Shown in pieces: positions 46,619 to 56,898 of a DNA stretch of 64,000 nt; the first letter of the stretch is position 1, and each line of letters begins with the position of its first letter. Source of the DNA: Bdellovibrionales bacterium (GTDB taxonomy: Bacteria; Bdellovibrionota; Bdellovibrionia; Bdellovibrionales; UBA1609); the NCBI GenBank assembly GCA_028283955.1, contig JANQSP010000076.1, positions 4,064 through 68,063 of the forward strand. Direction: 5' to 3'. The notes below the pieces were generated by a model. It had not been told where the DNA came from. It saw nothing but the letters and a program-made list of their open reading frames with translations, and did no database searches. The translations under genes and the position numbers were made by a program.

Positions 46619-46816
46619 CTATTTAAAGAGGGCCACGACAATGATATGCTCTGTTTTAGCTAATGTAGACTGTATTTTTTCACATTCATTAGCAGGTAAA
46701 GCTGCTTTTTTATATTTATGATGCACACAAGAGGTGCTGAAAAAAAGAAATATAAATAATAACTTTAAAAAGTTATAACGATACTTTTCAAATTCACTTT
46801 TTTTTCTAATGAACAC
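46619..46816 (-). CDS. Hypothetical small lipoprotein-like protein (65 aa)
   Basis: LLFIFLFFSTSC signal/lipobox-like segment. Weak support. Confidence 0.35.
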   Translation of the reverse strand: MFIRKKSEFEKYRYNFLKLLFIFLFFSTSCVHHKYKKAALPANECEKIQSTLAKTEHIIVVALFK

Positions 46817-46972
46817 ATTTCTACTTACCTTTAATATATAAACACTTTAGTAAATCTTGTTTCCAGATACAATTATTATTTAATATGCTAAGAGAAACTA
46901 CAGATAAAGATGAGAGAGACAAATGGTTCCACCTTTTAATTAAAACTCCTATAATTTCAAATACTTATAATA

Positions 46973-47046
46973 TCGGGGAGACAGGATTTGAACCTGCGAC
47001 CCTTCGCTCCCAAAGCGAATGCGCTACCGGACTGCGCTACTCCCCG
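46973..47046 (-). tRNA. tRNA-Pro (TGG), CCA not encoded
   Basis: Reverse complement CGGGGAGTAGCGCAGTCCGGTAGCGC-ATTCGC-TTTGGGA-GCGAA..GGTTCAAATCC..CTCCCCGA. Confidence 0.9.
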
Positions 47047-47147
47047 TTGTTCAAAGTTCATACTAAGAATTATTACTGTATTACAATTCCGACTTTACCG
47101 TACTATATTAAACCACCCGTCAGTACAAGTCATAAAAAAAATGGGAG

Positions 47148-47167
47148 ATTCCCTACCTGTCAAGAAT
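47148..47167. repeat. REP-like unit ATTCCC-N8-AAGAAT
   Basis: ATTCCCTACCTGTCAAGAAT. Close to the unit at 23993 (ATTCTACCTGTGCAAGAAT). Confidence 0.5.
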
Positions 47168-47242
47168 CCCCCAAACGACACCTTAATCAACTTATTTTTT
47201 CTTTAATACTCTTCTTATTCTTAGTATTATTTTCCCGCTTCT

Positions 47243-47965
47243 TTAATTATATGGATCATCTTTATAAGGATTTTTTACCTGCCACTTTTTTAAAGAAGAC
47301 CCTATTGCCAAAGACAAGCCGAAATACCAACGATCATAATATAAAGCCTGAATCCCTATGTCCCACCAATCCATTGTACCTATAGACACACTGGCTACAG
47401 CACCTAACAATTCCGGTGCATCCCAAAAACCAAGGAAAACTCCTGCCCTGATAAAACCTGTTAGTGCACCAAAATCATACATCAAACCAGGTTGAAATAT
47501 AAAGTATGGAAAGGACTTTTCATAATCCGGTGCCCATTCCGTATGGCAAGTCGATTTATCAGTAGCTTTCTTTAGCCTTTCCTCATGAACCTCTCTAAAA
47601 AAACCACTATCAAAAGGAGCCTTCGGGGGGTCAGGAATAAAAAAAGGATCACAGTCTTTTTGATAATACTGCATCCATCCTCCACCCGCCTGCACCAGCC
47701 ATTTAAATTTTGAACTTTCCACACTAAAAGGGACTTGAAGTTCCAAAAGCAGAGGAAGCTGAAGAGCTGACTTATCAGAATAATAATAAGCGGAAAAGCC
47801 GGATTTCCATCTGAGATTAGCTATTTCTATATATACAGGAAGATGCTCGTATTTGGACAACATTTCCGATTGAGCAGTTTCATTTTCCCCATAAACCGGA
47901 AAACAAAATAATAAAATACATAAAAGGTTTATTTTAAATAGTAACTTAATCATAATAACAAACAT
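47243..47965 (-). CDS. Hypothetical secreted / outer-membrane-like protein
   Basis: Signal peptide ..LLFCFPVYG. Aromatic-rich alternating segments. Overlaps the upstream gene's end by 20 nt (8 nt if it starts at 47953). Confidence 0.55.
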   Translation of the reverse strand: MFVIMIKLLFKINLLCILLFCFPVYGENETAQSEMLSKYEHLPVYIEIANLRWKSGFSAYYYSDKSALQLPLLLELQVPFSVESSKFKWLVQAGGGWMQYYQKDCDPFFIPDPPKAPFDSGFFREVHEERLKKATDKSTCHTEWAPDYEKSFPYFIFQPGLMYDFGALTGFIRAGVFLGFWDAPELLGAVASVSIGTMDWWDIGIQALYYDRWYFGLSLAIGSSLKKWQVKNPYKDDPYN

Positions 47966-49154
47966 CCTTCTTTAATTGAAAATTGTATCTACAATCGCCA
48001 TTTTTACCACAATCTGAATCGAACTGACATAGCCTCCGCCCTCCCAGATTTTGTAAATTCAAAAGTTCCTGCCTGGTTTTTTTCTGTTCTCTTATTCTCT
48101 CTCTTTCAACGGCTATCTTTTCCTCCTCTATAGCCCGCCTTTCCTCTCTGTCTCGTTGCTGTTCCCTTATTCTCTCCCTTTCAACAGCTATCTTCTCCCG
48201 CTCTATAGCCAACAGTTCTTCCTGTCTTTTTTTCGCTTTATATTCCTGAAGACCCAGGGTATAACCCTTGAAAAACCCGGTCTCTAATTTCTTAGGACAT
48301 ACATTTTGGTATTCAACATTGCTTAAACCTAATTTATATCCCTCTTTATAAGTACAAAAAACTTTTACACCGGCTGTCCACCCCTTCATATATTCTTTTT
48401 TGCTTTGAGATTTTGAGAGCTTTAAACATTTAACATAAGAAAAGGTAGAGGAAGGCTCTCCACTGACCGCATGGGAATACCCTGCTTCATACAAACACTC
48501 CTTATCACCCTGCCTATAGCCTTTTAAAAACGGAGCTGACCTTTTGTTAGGACATGTATTTTGATATTTTCTCCCTTTAAACCCGAACTCACGCCCCTTT
48601 TGATAAGTGCAAAAAACCTTCAAACCTGCTCTCCACCCCCGGTTATACTCCTTTTGGCTTTGATCTTTCGAAAGCTGTAAACACTTAACAGAAGAAAAAG
48701 CTGACAAAGTTTTACCTTCCAAGGAATGAAAGCGCCCTGCTTCATACAAACATTTCTTATCACCCTCGTGATAACCCTTTAAAAAGGGTTCCACCTTACT
48801 TCGTGGGCATATATTACGATAATGTCTGGCTTCCAATCCAAATTCATATCCCTTTTTATAAGTACACAAAACATTTAAACCATCCCGTCGCCCCTTATCA
48901 TACTCACTTTGATTTAATATCACCCCATATTCGGCACACATTCTGTTCTTTTCAGAAAAACTCTCAGTAGTTTTACCGTTCAATGCATCCAAACGACCTT
49001 CTTTGTACACATTAATACCATTACAGTAATCTCGTTTTATTGTGCCAGCTGTGATACAGCCAACGAGCGTGCCATAAAGAAAGACAAGAACAATAAAATT
49101 GACCGGGAAAACACATACAGAACAAAACCTATTTAAAAAAATTGTTTTTCTCAT
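47946..49154 (-). CDS. Modular repeat lipoprotein (DUF2799-like modules) with a C-terminal coiled-coil repeat
   Basis: LYGTLVGCI lipobox-like. Three modules of about 83 aa (..EY.KGW.AG.KVFCTY.KG.EFG.....YQN.CP.....PFLKGY..GDK.CLYEAG..). Then AIEREKIAVERERIREQ x2. Confidence 0.7.
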   Translation of the reverse strand: MRKTIFLNRFCSVCVFPVNFIVLVFLYGTLVGCITAGTIKRDYCNGINVYKEGRLDALNGKTTESFSEKNRMCAEYGVILNQSEYDKGRRDGLNVLCTYKKGYEFGLEARHYRNICPRSKVEPFLKGYHEGDKKCLYEAGRFHSLEGKTLSAFSSVKCLQLSKDQSQKEYNRGWRAGLKVFCTYQKGREFGFKGRKYQNTCPNKRSAPFLKGYRQGDKECLYEAGYSHAVSGEPSSTFSYVKCLKLSKSQSKKEYMKGWTAGVKVFCTYKEGYKLGLSNVEYQNVCPKKLETGFFKGYTLGLQEYKAKKRQEELLAIEREKIAVERERIREQQRDREERRAIEEEKIAVERERIREQKKTRQELLNLQNLGGRRLCQFDSDCGKNGDCRYNFQLKKDVCYYD

Positions 49155-49452
49155 AAGCCTTAACTCCCTCGTTCATTACTTAAAACACAAACATCTGAAT
49201 TTGACAAATGTACATAAAAAACAGACTTTATAAGTTTCAATAATTATATAAACTTTTCATGTCACTGTGAATAAAATACACCCTTTACACCCCATTTTCT
49301 TCTACCAAAAAACTCTAAAAATCCATAATTGTCCTGCCACTTTTTTCCGACACGGGAAAGTTGACTCTCCAACTTATGTTGCTGTAGCTATTAGAAAGCT
49401 TTTAAAAAATTGAGGAAGTTAAAAATCACTTTTGCTTCATAAAACAAAGTTG

Positions 49453-50484
49453 ATGAAAACAATATTTATTTCATTCCTTTTAATTGCTTTTTTTCTCTTT
49501 ACTTCCTGTAGCCTAAATAAAAACGGGCCTTTCTTTTGGGCAGTACAAAAAGAAGAACAAACTCTACATATTTTAGGCACTGTTCATATTGGAGTGAGTT
49601 TGGAAGATCTCCAATGTTCTGACGTTATTTATGAATCCCTACAGCAAAGTGATTTACTCTGGACAGAAACGAATGTGCAGAAACATCGAACAGAAATGAA
49701 AGAGACAGTAAAACAACTGTTAGAGGACCACTCAGGTCAGAGTTTCCACAGTCTTAGCGAAGAAACTCAGATGTTTTTTAAAACAAAAACAGAACCGGAA
49801 CATTTTAAGACTCTTCAACAAATGAGCTACTTCGGCCTTATAGTACAACTAAACTTTTTATGTATATCCGATAACAGAGAGTTTTTAAGAGAACAACTTT
49901 CGTTACATGCCCGAAAAATAGATAGTAGAAAAAAACTGGATATCCAAATTCAAAAAACAGCTCAAGACAGTGTACTTCAAGATTACCTGGATGAAAGCAG
50001 TTACTTCCAGGATTTAATACGATCAACGGCGACAAGATCTTCTAAAGAAAAAGTAGACAGGATTGTAAAAAACTATGACGAACTTTGCTCCCCGGAGAAA
50101 CTGGCACAGAGTATTGAATGGAAATTTAATCACTTGGCAGAGGCGATCCAAGATTACGAATCCGGTGAAGATATAGACCCTTTAACAATAAGTGAAAAAG
50201 ATCTCAGAAGACAAGGTGTTCCTGAGGATATAATAAAAAATTATTTGGATTATTTTAAGCACAATATCTTAAGAAGACGGAATGAAATATGGATGAATAA
50301 ACTATCGTTCTCTCATGAACAGGAAGGTCATACAAGAGTGTTTATTGCTGCCGGTCTTGCTCATTTTCAAGGCCCTTTTAACATGCTTGATATGCTACAA
50401 GAAGAGAATTTTTCTATCAAACGTCTCGACTCTGATTGTGAATGGAGTCATCTTCGATTAGCAACAAAAGATCCTGAAAACTGA
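49453..50484 (+). CDS. TraB/GumN-family lipoprotein (copy 2)
   Basis: MKTIFISFLLIAFFLFTSCSL lipobox. PFFWAVQKEEQTLHILGTVH and FIAAGLAHF motifs. The track start TTG 49432 is an alternative. Confidence 0.7.
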   Translation: MKTIFISFLLIAFFLFTSCSLNKNGPFFWAVQKEEQTLHILGTVHIGVSLEDLQCSDVIYESLQQSDLLWTETNVQKHRTEMKETVKQLLEDHSGQSFHSLSEETQMFFKTKTEPEHFKTLQQMSYFGLIVQLNFLCISDNREFLREQLSLHARKIDSRKKLDIQIQKTAQDSVLQDYLDESSYFQDLIRSTATRSSKEKVDRIVKNYDELCSPEKLAQSIEWKFNHLAEAIQDYESGEDIDPLTISEKDLRRQGVPEDIIKNYLDYFKHNILRRRNEIWMNKLSFSHEQEGHTRVFIAAGLAHFQGPFNMLDMLQEENFSIKRLDSDCEWSHLRLATKDPEN

Positions 50485-50523
50485 AGCTCATATTTTTACT
50501 GTTTTATAGTTAAAACAAACAAG

Positions 50524-50616
50524 TGGCGGAGGGAGAGGGATTCGAACCCTCGGTACGGGCATTACCCGTACGGTCGTTTAGCAAACGACTGGTTTCAGCC
50601 ACTCACCCATCCCTCC
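50524..50616 (-). tRNA. tRNA-Ser (GCT), long variable arm, CCA encoded
   Basis: Reverse complement GGAGGGATGGGTGAGTGGCTGAAACC-A-GTCGT-TTGCTAA-ACGAC..GGTTCGAATCC..CCCTCCGCCA. Confidence 0.9.
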
Positions 50617-50770
50617 TAGCTCAATCTACTGTAACCCATTCGCTTAGAAAATCTTCTAAAGATTTTCTCCCCTGAGACTGCCACAGGCCCCAAAAGGAAT
50701 CAAGAACACTTAAATTGAGATTTCAATTTTTAAGAAAGGAAAAAAGATGTTATAGTTTCTTTACTTTTTT

Positions 50771-50844
50771 GCGCCCGTAGCTTAGCTGGATAGAGTGCCT
50801 GACTACGGATCAGGAGGTCGGAGGTTCGAATCCTTCCGGGCGCG
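50771..50844 (+). tRNA. tRNA-Arg (ACG), CCA not encoded
   Basis: GCGCCCGTAGCTTAGCTGGATAGAGTG-CCTGA-CTACGGA-TCAGG..GGTTCGAATCC..CGGGCGCG. Confidence 0.9.
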
Positions 50845-50935
50845 CTCTTTTGTACTTAGGGCAGATTTTCTCTTTTTCTCAATATCTCATTTCACTTAAG
50901 ATTCGTAAAATAACATTTGTTCACTTCAAATAAAC

Positions 50936-51640
50936 TCATTTCCAGTTAATCTTGACTTCCTCAAACTCCTCCGCCTTTTTTTTCTCTTCTTCAGGATCTA
51001 TAGGTTCCAAAATCACTTTCAAATCTTCTGTAAAATGCACATGATAACCCTGTTCACGAGCTATCTGAACAAATTTCCTGATAAATTCCTTTCTCTCCTC
51101 CTCATTTCTCTCTTTTAAATGTTTCTCCAGCCAGTCTCGATGTGCGATCTGCCGACGAATAACATTCTCCGGATCCTCATATATATCATTTTCAAATGGT
51201 TTTTCATCCAACTCCTTAAAAACAGACTCCATAGTAGCATTATCGGAAAAACCAACACCCATATCCAAAGGGGACATTTCTGACTCAAGTGACTCAATAG
51301 GGTCAATTTTTTCCACCGGAGCTTTGAATTTATCAGACACAACCTGCTGAGACTGTATATCCTGCTGAAGCTGAATATGCGCTGCCTTTTGTTTTATTCT
51401 CTCATCCACCGTCAGAGGAGTGTGTCCCTGATTGACATTGGGAATAGAAGACGGCACACGCTCTTTTTCATCGTAAAAGAAATAAAAGGCAACAGCCACT
51501 ACACCCAATACACATAAAAAAGAAAAAAAACCGAAATCATTTTTTTTCTTTCTCTTCACCCTAACCACAGCAGAAGATTTCCCTCTACGAGAACGGCGGG
51601 ACCGATTACCGGATCTTCTCTTTTTTCGATGAACAGCCAT
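50936..51640 (-). CDS. Hypothetical single-pass membrane protein with a very basic N-terminus
   Basis: MAVHRKKRRSGNRSRRSRRGK.., then TM FFSFLCVLGVVAVAFYFF, then an acidic C-terminal domain. Confidence 0.6.
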   Translation of the reverse strand: MAVHRKKRRSGNRSRRSRRGKSSAVVRVKRKKKNDFGFFSFLCVLGVVAVAFYFFYDEKERVPSSIPNVNQGHTPLTVDERIKQKAAHIQLQQDIQSQQVVSDKFKAPVEKIDPIESLESEMSPLDMGVGFSDNATMESVFKELDEKPFENDIYEDPENVIRRQIAHRDWLEKHLKERNEEERKEFIRKFVQIAREQGYHVHFTEDLKVILEPIDPEEEKKKAEEFEEVKINWK

Positions 51641-51883
51641 ACCTTTTCTTATCGGAATATTTTTAACAGGCTAAAACAGGAGCATAAAAAACAGCACAAA
51701 AAATCAACAACCGACCCTTTTCATTGGCTGCCTCCCTTACTATATAGAAAAATAATTAATAAAAAACACACTCTCACATATAAAAAACGTGTTTCGTGTA
51801 CCTAATTTTGATACAAAGTAAAAGAAAGGCCTTACTACCTGAAGAAAACACCTGTCCAATAAATTCATAAAGGAAGCCATATT

Positions 51884-52537
51884 ATGAAATTGTTCATTTA
51901 CGACCACTGCCCCTATTGCGTAAAAGCTCGTATGATCTTTGGCTTGAAAAATATACCATTTACACTCATCACTCTATTGAATGATGATGAAAAAACACCT
52001 ATCAGTATGATTGGAAAAAAAATGGTTCCTATACTGGAGATTGAGTCCGGAAAATTCATGCCGGAAAGTATGGACATTGTTCAATTTATTGACAAACAAT
52101 CCTCGCCAAACCTGATTTCAAAAGAAGAAGACCCCTCCCTTCTACAGATATTAAATCAGGCACGCACCCCTTATTATAGCCTGGTTATGCCTCGTTGGGT
52201 GCAATCAGAAATGGAAGAATTTAAAACTCCCTCCAGTCGAAAATATTTCCAGAATAAAAAAGAGCAAATGATCGGCCCTTTTTCCTCCGCCTTGGAAAAA
52301 ACAAAAGAATTCAAAATAGAAATTTTGGCAATACTCACAGAGATAGAAAACAAAATAACAGAAAAAAATACATGGTACTTAGGTAACCAAATCAGTTTTA
52401 ACGACTTTCACCTGTTCGCTTTTCTCAGAAGCCTCACTATTGTAAAAGACCTGTCCTTTCCATTCAAACTTGAAAAATATACAAAATATTGTTCAGAAAA
52501 AAGCCAAATTCCCCTTAGCAAAAATATCAGTATTTAA
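51884..52537 (+). CDS. grxB: Glutaredoxin 2
   Basis: MKLFIYDHCPYCVKARMIFGLKNIPF..LLNDDE.TP..MIGKKMVPILE..G.FMPESMDIVQFID. Near-canonical GrxB N-terminus. Confidence 0.9.
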   Translation: MKLFIYDHCPYCVKARMIFGLKNIPFTLITLLNDDEKTPISMIGKKMVPILEIESGKFMPESMDIVQFIDKQSSPNLISKEEDPSLLQILNQARTPYYSLVMPRWVQSEMEEFKTPSSRKYFQNKKEQMIGPFSSALEKTKEFKIEILAILTEIENKITEKNTWYLGNQISFNDFHLFAFLRSLTIVKDLSFPFKLEKYTKYCSEKSQIPLSKNISI

Positions 52538-52546
52538 AATAACTGG

Positions 52547-52593
52547 ATTCCCGCCTGCGCGGGAATGACGATTCTGTGGCGCAGGAATGACGG
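52547..52593. repeat. Two tandem REP-like units ATTCCC-N8-GGGAATGACG / ATTCTG-N6-AGGAATGACGG
   Basis: ATTCCCGCCTGCGCGGGAATGACG + ATTCTGTGGCGCAGGAATGACGG, between the convergent grxB and ggt. Confidence 0.7.
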
Positions 52594-52629
52594 TTCTGAT
52601 TTGAAAGATGAGTCACCTGACTATAAAAA

Positions 52630-54276
52630 CTAAAAACCGCCGGTGGCTCCTTCTTCACGGGCATCAAAAGCCCCTTCCAAAATACCATCTTTTCTTTTGG
52701 AAACAGCATAAACCTTGGCAATGGAATCACGCACTTTCACCCGATGCCCCCGTTTTCTCAATAAACTCAACACCACCGGTGAAAAGCGATTTTTTTCAAC
52801 AAATAAAGCACGAGGTAAAAACTGATGGTGAATACGAGGAGCCTGAATAGCAGCATCCAGGTTTAACTCATTTATAAAATAACGATACAAAGTTTGTAAT
52901 ACAGAACTAATAATCATAGGACCACCTGAAGCTCCCAGAACCATCACTGTTTTTCCATTCTTCTCCACAATAGTGGGACTCATGGAACTGAGAGGCCGAC
53001 GGCCCGTTTGCACTTTGTTGTTTCTACCCTGTATTAAGCCAAACTGATTCGGTTTACCCGGATGAGTATTAAAATCATCCATTTGATTATTGAGAACAAT
53101 ACCGTACTTATCCGTAACAACAAAAGAGCCAAAGTTACCATTCAAAGTCAGCGTCATCGAAACAGCCTCCCCTAAATGATTCATTATAGAAAAGTGAGTG
53201 GTCTCATTCGACTCACGCACCGGCATAGTATCCTTTAAAACCGGAAGATTGGTTACTTTTTGCAAAGATATTCGGGAACTCAATTTTGTGAGTTTTGTAC
53301 CGGAAAGCCATTTTTTCAAATACCGAGAAGGATCAGGTAAGTCCCCCATTTGACTGCGCGGACGAAAAGAAAAAGAAAGTACTTCTCCCAAAAGATGCAA
53401 TTCACTGACACTGTATAAGGAAAGTTTCTTTAATTTTTTCTTTTCCATCAATTGAGACGCACGATTGAGGATAATACCTCCCGAACTGGGAAGAGGCATA
53501 CTATACACTTTATAGCCATTAAAAGAAAATTGAACCGGCTTCAGCCAACGAACCCGATAATTTCTGAGATCTTCAACATTCATAATTCCTTTATTTGCTT
53601 TAACCGTTTTAACGATATCCTGCCCAATCACCCCGTCATAAACCAATGTTTTGTTCTTCCGACTGACCAGTCTTAAAGCCTCTTTCAACTTCTTCTGCCT
53701 TATAAATTCCCCAGGAACATAAGGTGTACCATCAGAATGAAAAAAGATCCTCCTGCCGGAAAGATTAAAATTTTCTGACAAATCTTCTGTCTGTTTTAAC
53801 CACTGCCCTGAAACTATAAAACCACGATCCGCCAGCTTAATAGCCGGTTTCAGTAGATCAATCCAGGGAAGAGATCCATATTTTTGGTGGATAGCCCATA
53901 AGCCTGCTACAAAGCCCGGAACACCCACTGCCGACCCCGTCTTCGTTGGAGAAAGACCACTTTTAACATAAAAGTTCGATCCTACCTTAGACGGAGCTGT
54001 TTCACGAAAATCCAAAGCCTGAACTCCGGATTGATCTTTCAACAATGCAAATCCACCACAGCCCAAAGACACAAAATAAGGATGTGTCACACTAAGAGTA
54101 AAAGCTCCCGCCACCGCGGCATCAAAAATATTGCCTCCATCCCGATAAACATCCTTAACCGCTTTAACCAAATGAGCAGAAGGACCGGATACAACAATTT
54201 TTTGAGTTTGAGTTGGTTGAGCAAAAGAGGGAACAACAATTAAAGAAAATAAAAACACAAAAAACACTTTCACCAT
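52630..54276 (-). CDS. ggt: Gamma-glutamyltranspeptidase
   Basis: Signal peptide. ..ETTHFSI (autoprocessing Thr context), SSMSPTIV, GASGGPMII. Confidence 0.9.
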   Translation of the reverse strand: MVKVFFVFLFSLIVVPSFAQPTQTQKIVVSGPSAHLVKAVKDVYRDGGNIFDAAVAGAFTLSVTHPYFVSLGCGGFALLKDQSGVQALDFRETAPSKVGSNFYVKSGLSPTKTGSAVGVPGFVAGLWAIHQKYGSLPWIDLLKPAIKLADRGFIVSGQWLKQTEDLSENFNLSGRRIFFHSDGTPYVPGEFIRQKKLKEALRLVSRKNKTLVYDGVIGQDIVKTVKANKGIMNVEDLRNYRVRWLKPVQFSFNGYKVYSMPLPSSGGIILNRASQLMEKKKLKKLSLYSVSELHLLGEVLSFSFRPRSQMGDLPDPSRYLKKWLSGTKLTKLSSRISLQKVTNLPVLKDTMPVRESNETTHFSIMNHLGEAVSMTLTLNGNFGSFVVTDKYGIVLNNQMDDFNTHPGKPNQFGLIQGRNNKVQTGRRPLSSMSPTIVEKNGKTVMVLGASGGPMIISSVLQTLYRYFINELNLDAAIQAPRIHHQFLPRALFVEKNRFSPVVLSLLRKRGHRVKVRDSIAKVYAVSKRKDGILEGAFDAREEGATGGF

Positions 54277-54365
54277 TTTTTCCTCCGTCTTTTATAAATA
54301 GGTTCAAAAACTACAAAACCACCCACACTAACTTATTCAAAAATAAGCCAGCATAACTATTATAT

Positions 54366-55748
54366 TCAATCAAACTGATTCACCAGGTTTGTAAAAACCT
54401 CTCCTCTTTCCTCGTAAGAATTAAAAATATCAAAACTTGGGCAACCCGGAGATAACAAAACTGTATCTCCAATACGAGACTTCTGGTAAGCAATAAGTAC
54501 AGCCTCTTCAAACGTTCCAATTACAAAGGTCTCTGAATAATCCCCAATTTGCCGATTAATTCTTTCTTTTGCCTCTCCAACTAAAATAAGGTTTTTTACT
54601 TTCCTTTGAATACGCTCAGCCAAAGGCTTGTAATTCAAACCAGTATCTTTTCCACCCATAATAAGAATAACATTATCATCGAAAATATCCAAAGCCCTCA
54701 TTACGGAGTGCACATTAGTCGCTTTTGAATCATTATAAAAATTCACTCCACCCACCCTTCTTACATAACTTAACCTATGAAGACGACCCGTGTAAGAAGA
54801 AATAACTTTTTGAATACTTTCCCAGTCAGCTCCATTGATACGGGCTGCCAAAATAGCCGCCATAATATTTTCATAAATATGACCGCCCTTTAATTTATTA
54901 TCTTCAATACTATAATATTCAATTTCCGGACCCACTCGAACTCGTATTTGATTATCTATTAAAATAGCGCCACCAATCTTCATAATCTGAGATTCAAGCG
55001 ATTTTTTTCTGGAAAAATATCTTAAACACCCCTTCTGCACATTCGGATCACGCGCTAACTCCAAAATAGCCCGATCATCCGCATTTAAAATAACAGTCGT
55101 TTGAGCTGATACATGTTTAAACACTTTTCTCTTCGCATTAACATATTCCTCCATGCTCCGGTAACGATCCAAATGATCTTCAGCCAAGTTAGTAAATATA
55201 ATATTTTTGGGTACCATTTCCACTACATGCTCCAACATAAAACTGGAAGCCTCCACAACCAAAAAATCCGCTGTTTCCTCCTTATAAAGATATTCACTTA
55301 AAGGTTCACCAAAATTACCTCCCGCCCAAGGTTTTTTATCTGACTCCTTAAGAGCGCGATAAATCAAATCCGCTGTCGTTGTTTTTCCATTAGTGCCTGT
55401 TACCACTAACATAGGGGTTTTTATAAATCGGGAACAAAACTCAAATTCTCCGGTGACTTCCACTCCCTGTGTTTTAACATATTCAAACAACTTCAAATGA
55501 GAAGGCACACCCGGACTCAAAATCACATAATCTTTTTTCAAAAAGCTCTTGGGGTTATGACCTTCCAGCTCCAACTGAAGTGGCAGATCCTCCACCTGTT
55601 CCAAATAATAAGCTAATTCCGCCTCTGACTTGTGATCACTAATAGTGACTTGAGCCCCATACTTAACCAGGAAGCGGGCTAATGACACACCTGTCTTTGC
55701 CAAACCCACAATTAAAATCTGTTTACCTTTTAAATCACTAAGCTCCAT
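54366..55748 (-). CDS. murD: UDP-N-acetylmuramoylalanine--D-glutamate ligase
   Basis: GLAKTGVS, VTGTNGKTTT, GNFG. Position after mraY. Confidence 0.9.
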   Translation of the reverse strand: MELSDLKGKQILIVGLAKTGVSLARFLVKYGAQVTISDHKSEAELAYYLEQVEDLPLQLELEGHNPKSFLKKDYVILSPGVPSHLKLFEYVKTQGVEVTGEFEFCSRFIKTPMLVVTGTNGKTTTADLIYRALKESDKKPWAGGNFGEPLSEYLYKEETADFLVVEASSFMLEHVVEMVPKNIIFTNLAEDHLDRYRSMEEYVNAKRKVFKHVSAQTTVILNADDRAILELARDPNVQKGCLRYFSRKKSLESQIMKIGGAILIDNQIRVRVGPEIEYYSIEDNKLKGGHIYENIMAAILAARINGADWESIQKVISSYTGRLHRLSYVRRVGGVNFYNDSKATNVHSVMRALDIFDDNVILIMGGKDTGLNYKPLAERIQRKVKNLILVGEAKERINRQIGDYSETFVIGTFEEAVLIAYQKSRIGDTVLLSPGCPSFDIFNSYEERGEVFTNLVNQFD

Positions 55749-55770
55749 AGTATATACCTTAATTAAAAAA

Positions 55771-56847
55771 TTATCTCAGTTTTAAAGTAGCCAGGCTGAT
55801 TACCGCCAGTAGACAAGCTACAATCCAAAATCGTACAATAATTTTAGACTCTTCCACACCCTTTAATTCAAAATGATGGTGTAAAGGAGCCATAGCAAAA
55901 ATTCTTTTTCCCGTCATCTTAAAACTAATGACCTGTAAAATCACTGATATCGCCTCCACAACAAACACCCCCCCTAAAACAGCCAAAAGAATTTCATTCT
56001 TCGTAAAGACTGCGAGTGTTCCTAAAAAAGCCCCTAAACTTAAACTACCTGTATCACCCATAAAAATCTGAGCCGGATAGGAATTGTACCATAAAAAACC
56101 CAAACCACTAGCGACAACCGCTACTGCCAAAGGGGTGATCTCACCCGCACCGGCAATAAATGGAATACCCAAATAGGAAGCCAGACTGAAATGACCGGCT
56201 ACATAAGAAAATACAGCCAAAGCACCAGCACAAACCATCACAGGCACGATAGCCAAACCGTCCAAACCATCTGTCAGATTTACCGCATTTGCACATCCCG
56301 TAATAACAAAACTACCCAGCAACACATAAAACCAGGATAAATCGAGAGCCAGATTTTTGAAAAAAGGAATATATAAAACCGGTTCAATTTGATTGGTAAA
56401 AATAAGTACTGTCAGCATTAAACCGGAAATACCAAACTCATATAACAAGCGGTATCGGGGAGGGATCCCTTTAAAATTTTTCCATCGGCTTTTTATAAAG
56501 TCATCCCAAAAACCAATCACTCCAAAACCTAAAACCATACTTAACACTCCCCACACTAAAGGTTCGAACATATCCACCCATAGCAGGGAACTCAATAATA
56601 AAGAAAACAAGACCAGCCCACCCCCCATTGTAGGAGTGCCACTTTTCTTCTGATGTGAATCAGGCCCATCAGAATTAATCTCTTCACCTATATCTCTTTT
56701 ATTTAATTTCTTAATAAAGTAAGGGGCAAACAACCAGCATATAAAAAAAGCGGTAAAAAAAGCCAAAAAAGACCGAACAGTAATATAACGGAAAACATTA
56801 AAAACAGAGATAAACTCTGACAAATCAAATAACCATTTATAAACCAT
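55771..56847 (-). CDS. mraY: Phospho-N-acetylmuramoyl-pentapeptide transferase
   Basis: [35 protein letters not shown]. Confidence 0.95.
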   Translation of the reverse strand: MVYKWLFDLSEFISVFNVFRYITVRSFLAFFTAFFICWLFAPYFIKKLNKRDIGEEINSDGPDSHQKKSGTPTMGGGLVLFSLLLSSLLWVDMFEPLVWGVLSMVLGFGVIGFWDDFIKSRWKNFKGIPPRYRLLYEFGISGLMLTVLIFTNQIEPVLYIPFFKNLALDLSWFYVLLGSFVITGCANAVNLTDGLDGLAIVPVMVCAGALAVFSYVAGHFSLASYLGIPFIAGAGEITPLAVAVVASGLGFLWYNSYPAQIFMGDTGSLSLGAFLGTLAVFTKNEILLAVLGGVFVVEAISVILQVISFKMTGKRIFAMAPLHHHFELKGVEESKIIVRFWIVACLLAVISLATLKLR

Positions 56848-56898
56848 AAAACACTCTTTAACAAAAGGCCTCGCTTAACGCAAGCTGCACGACTGTAT

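Noticed and set aside
46885-47385. 166-aa plus-strand ORF (and nested 46988-47206)
   Set aside because: It runs straight through tRNA-Pro (46973-47046) and AT-rich spacer. It has no SD and low-complexity translation. It is an artefact of the open frame across the tRNA.
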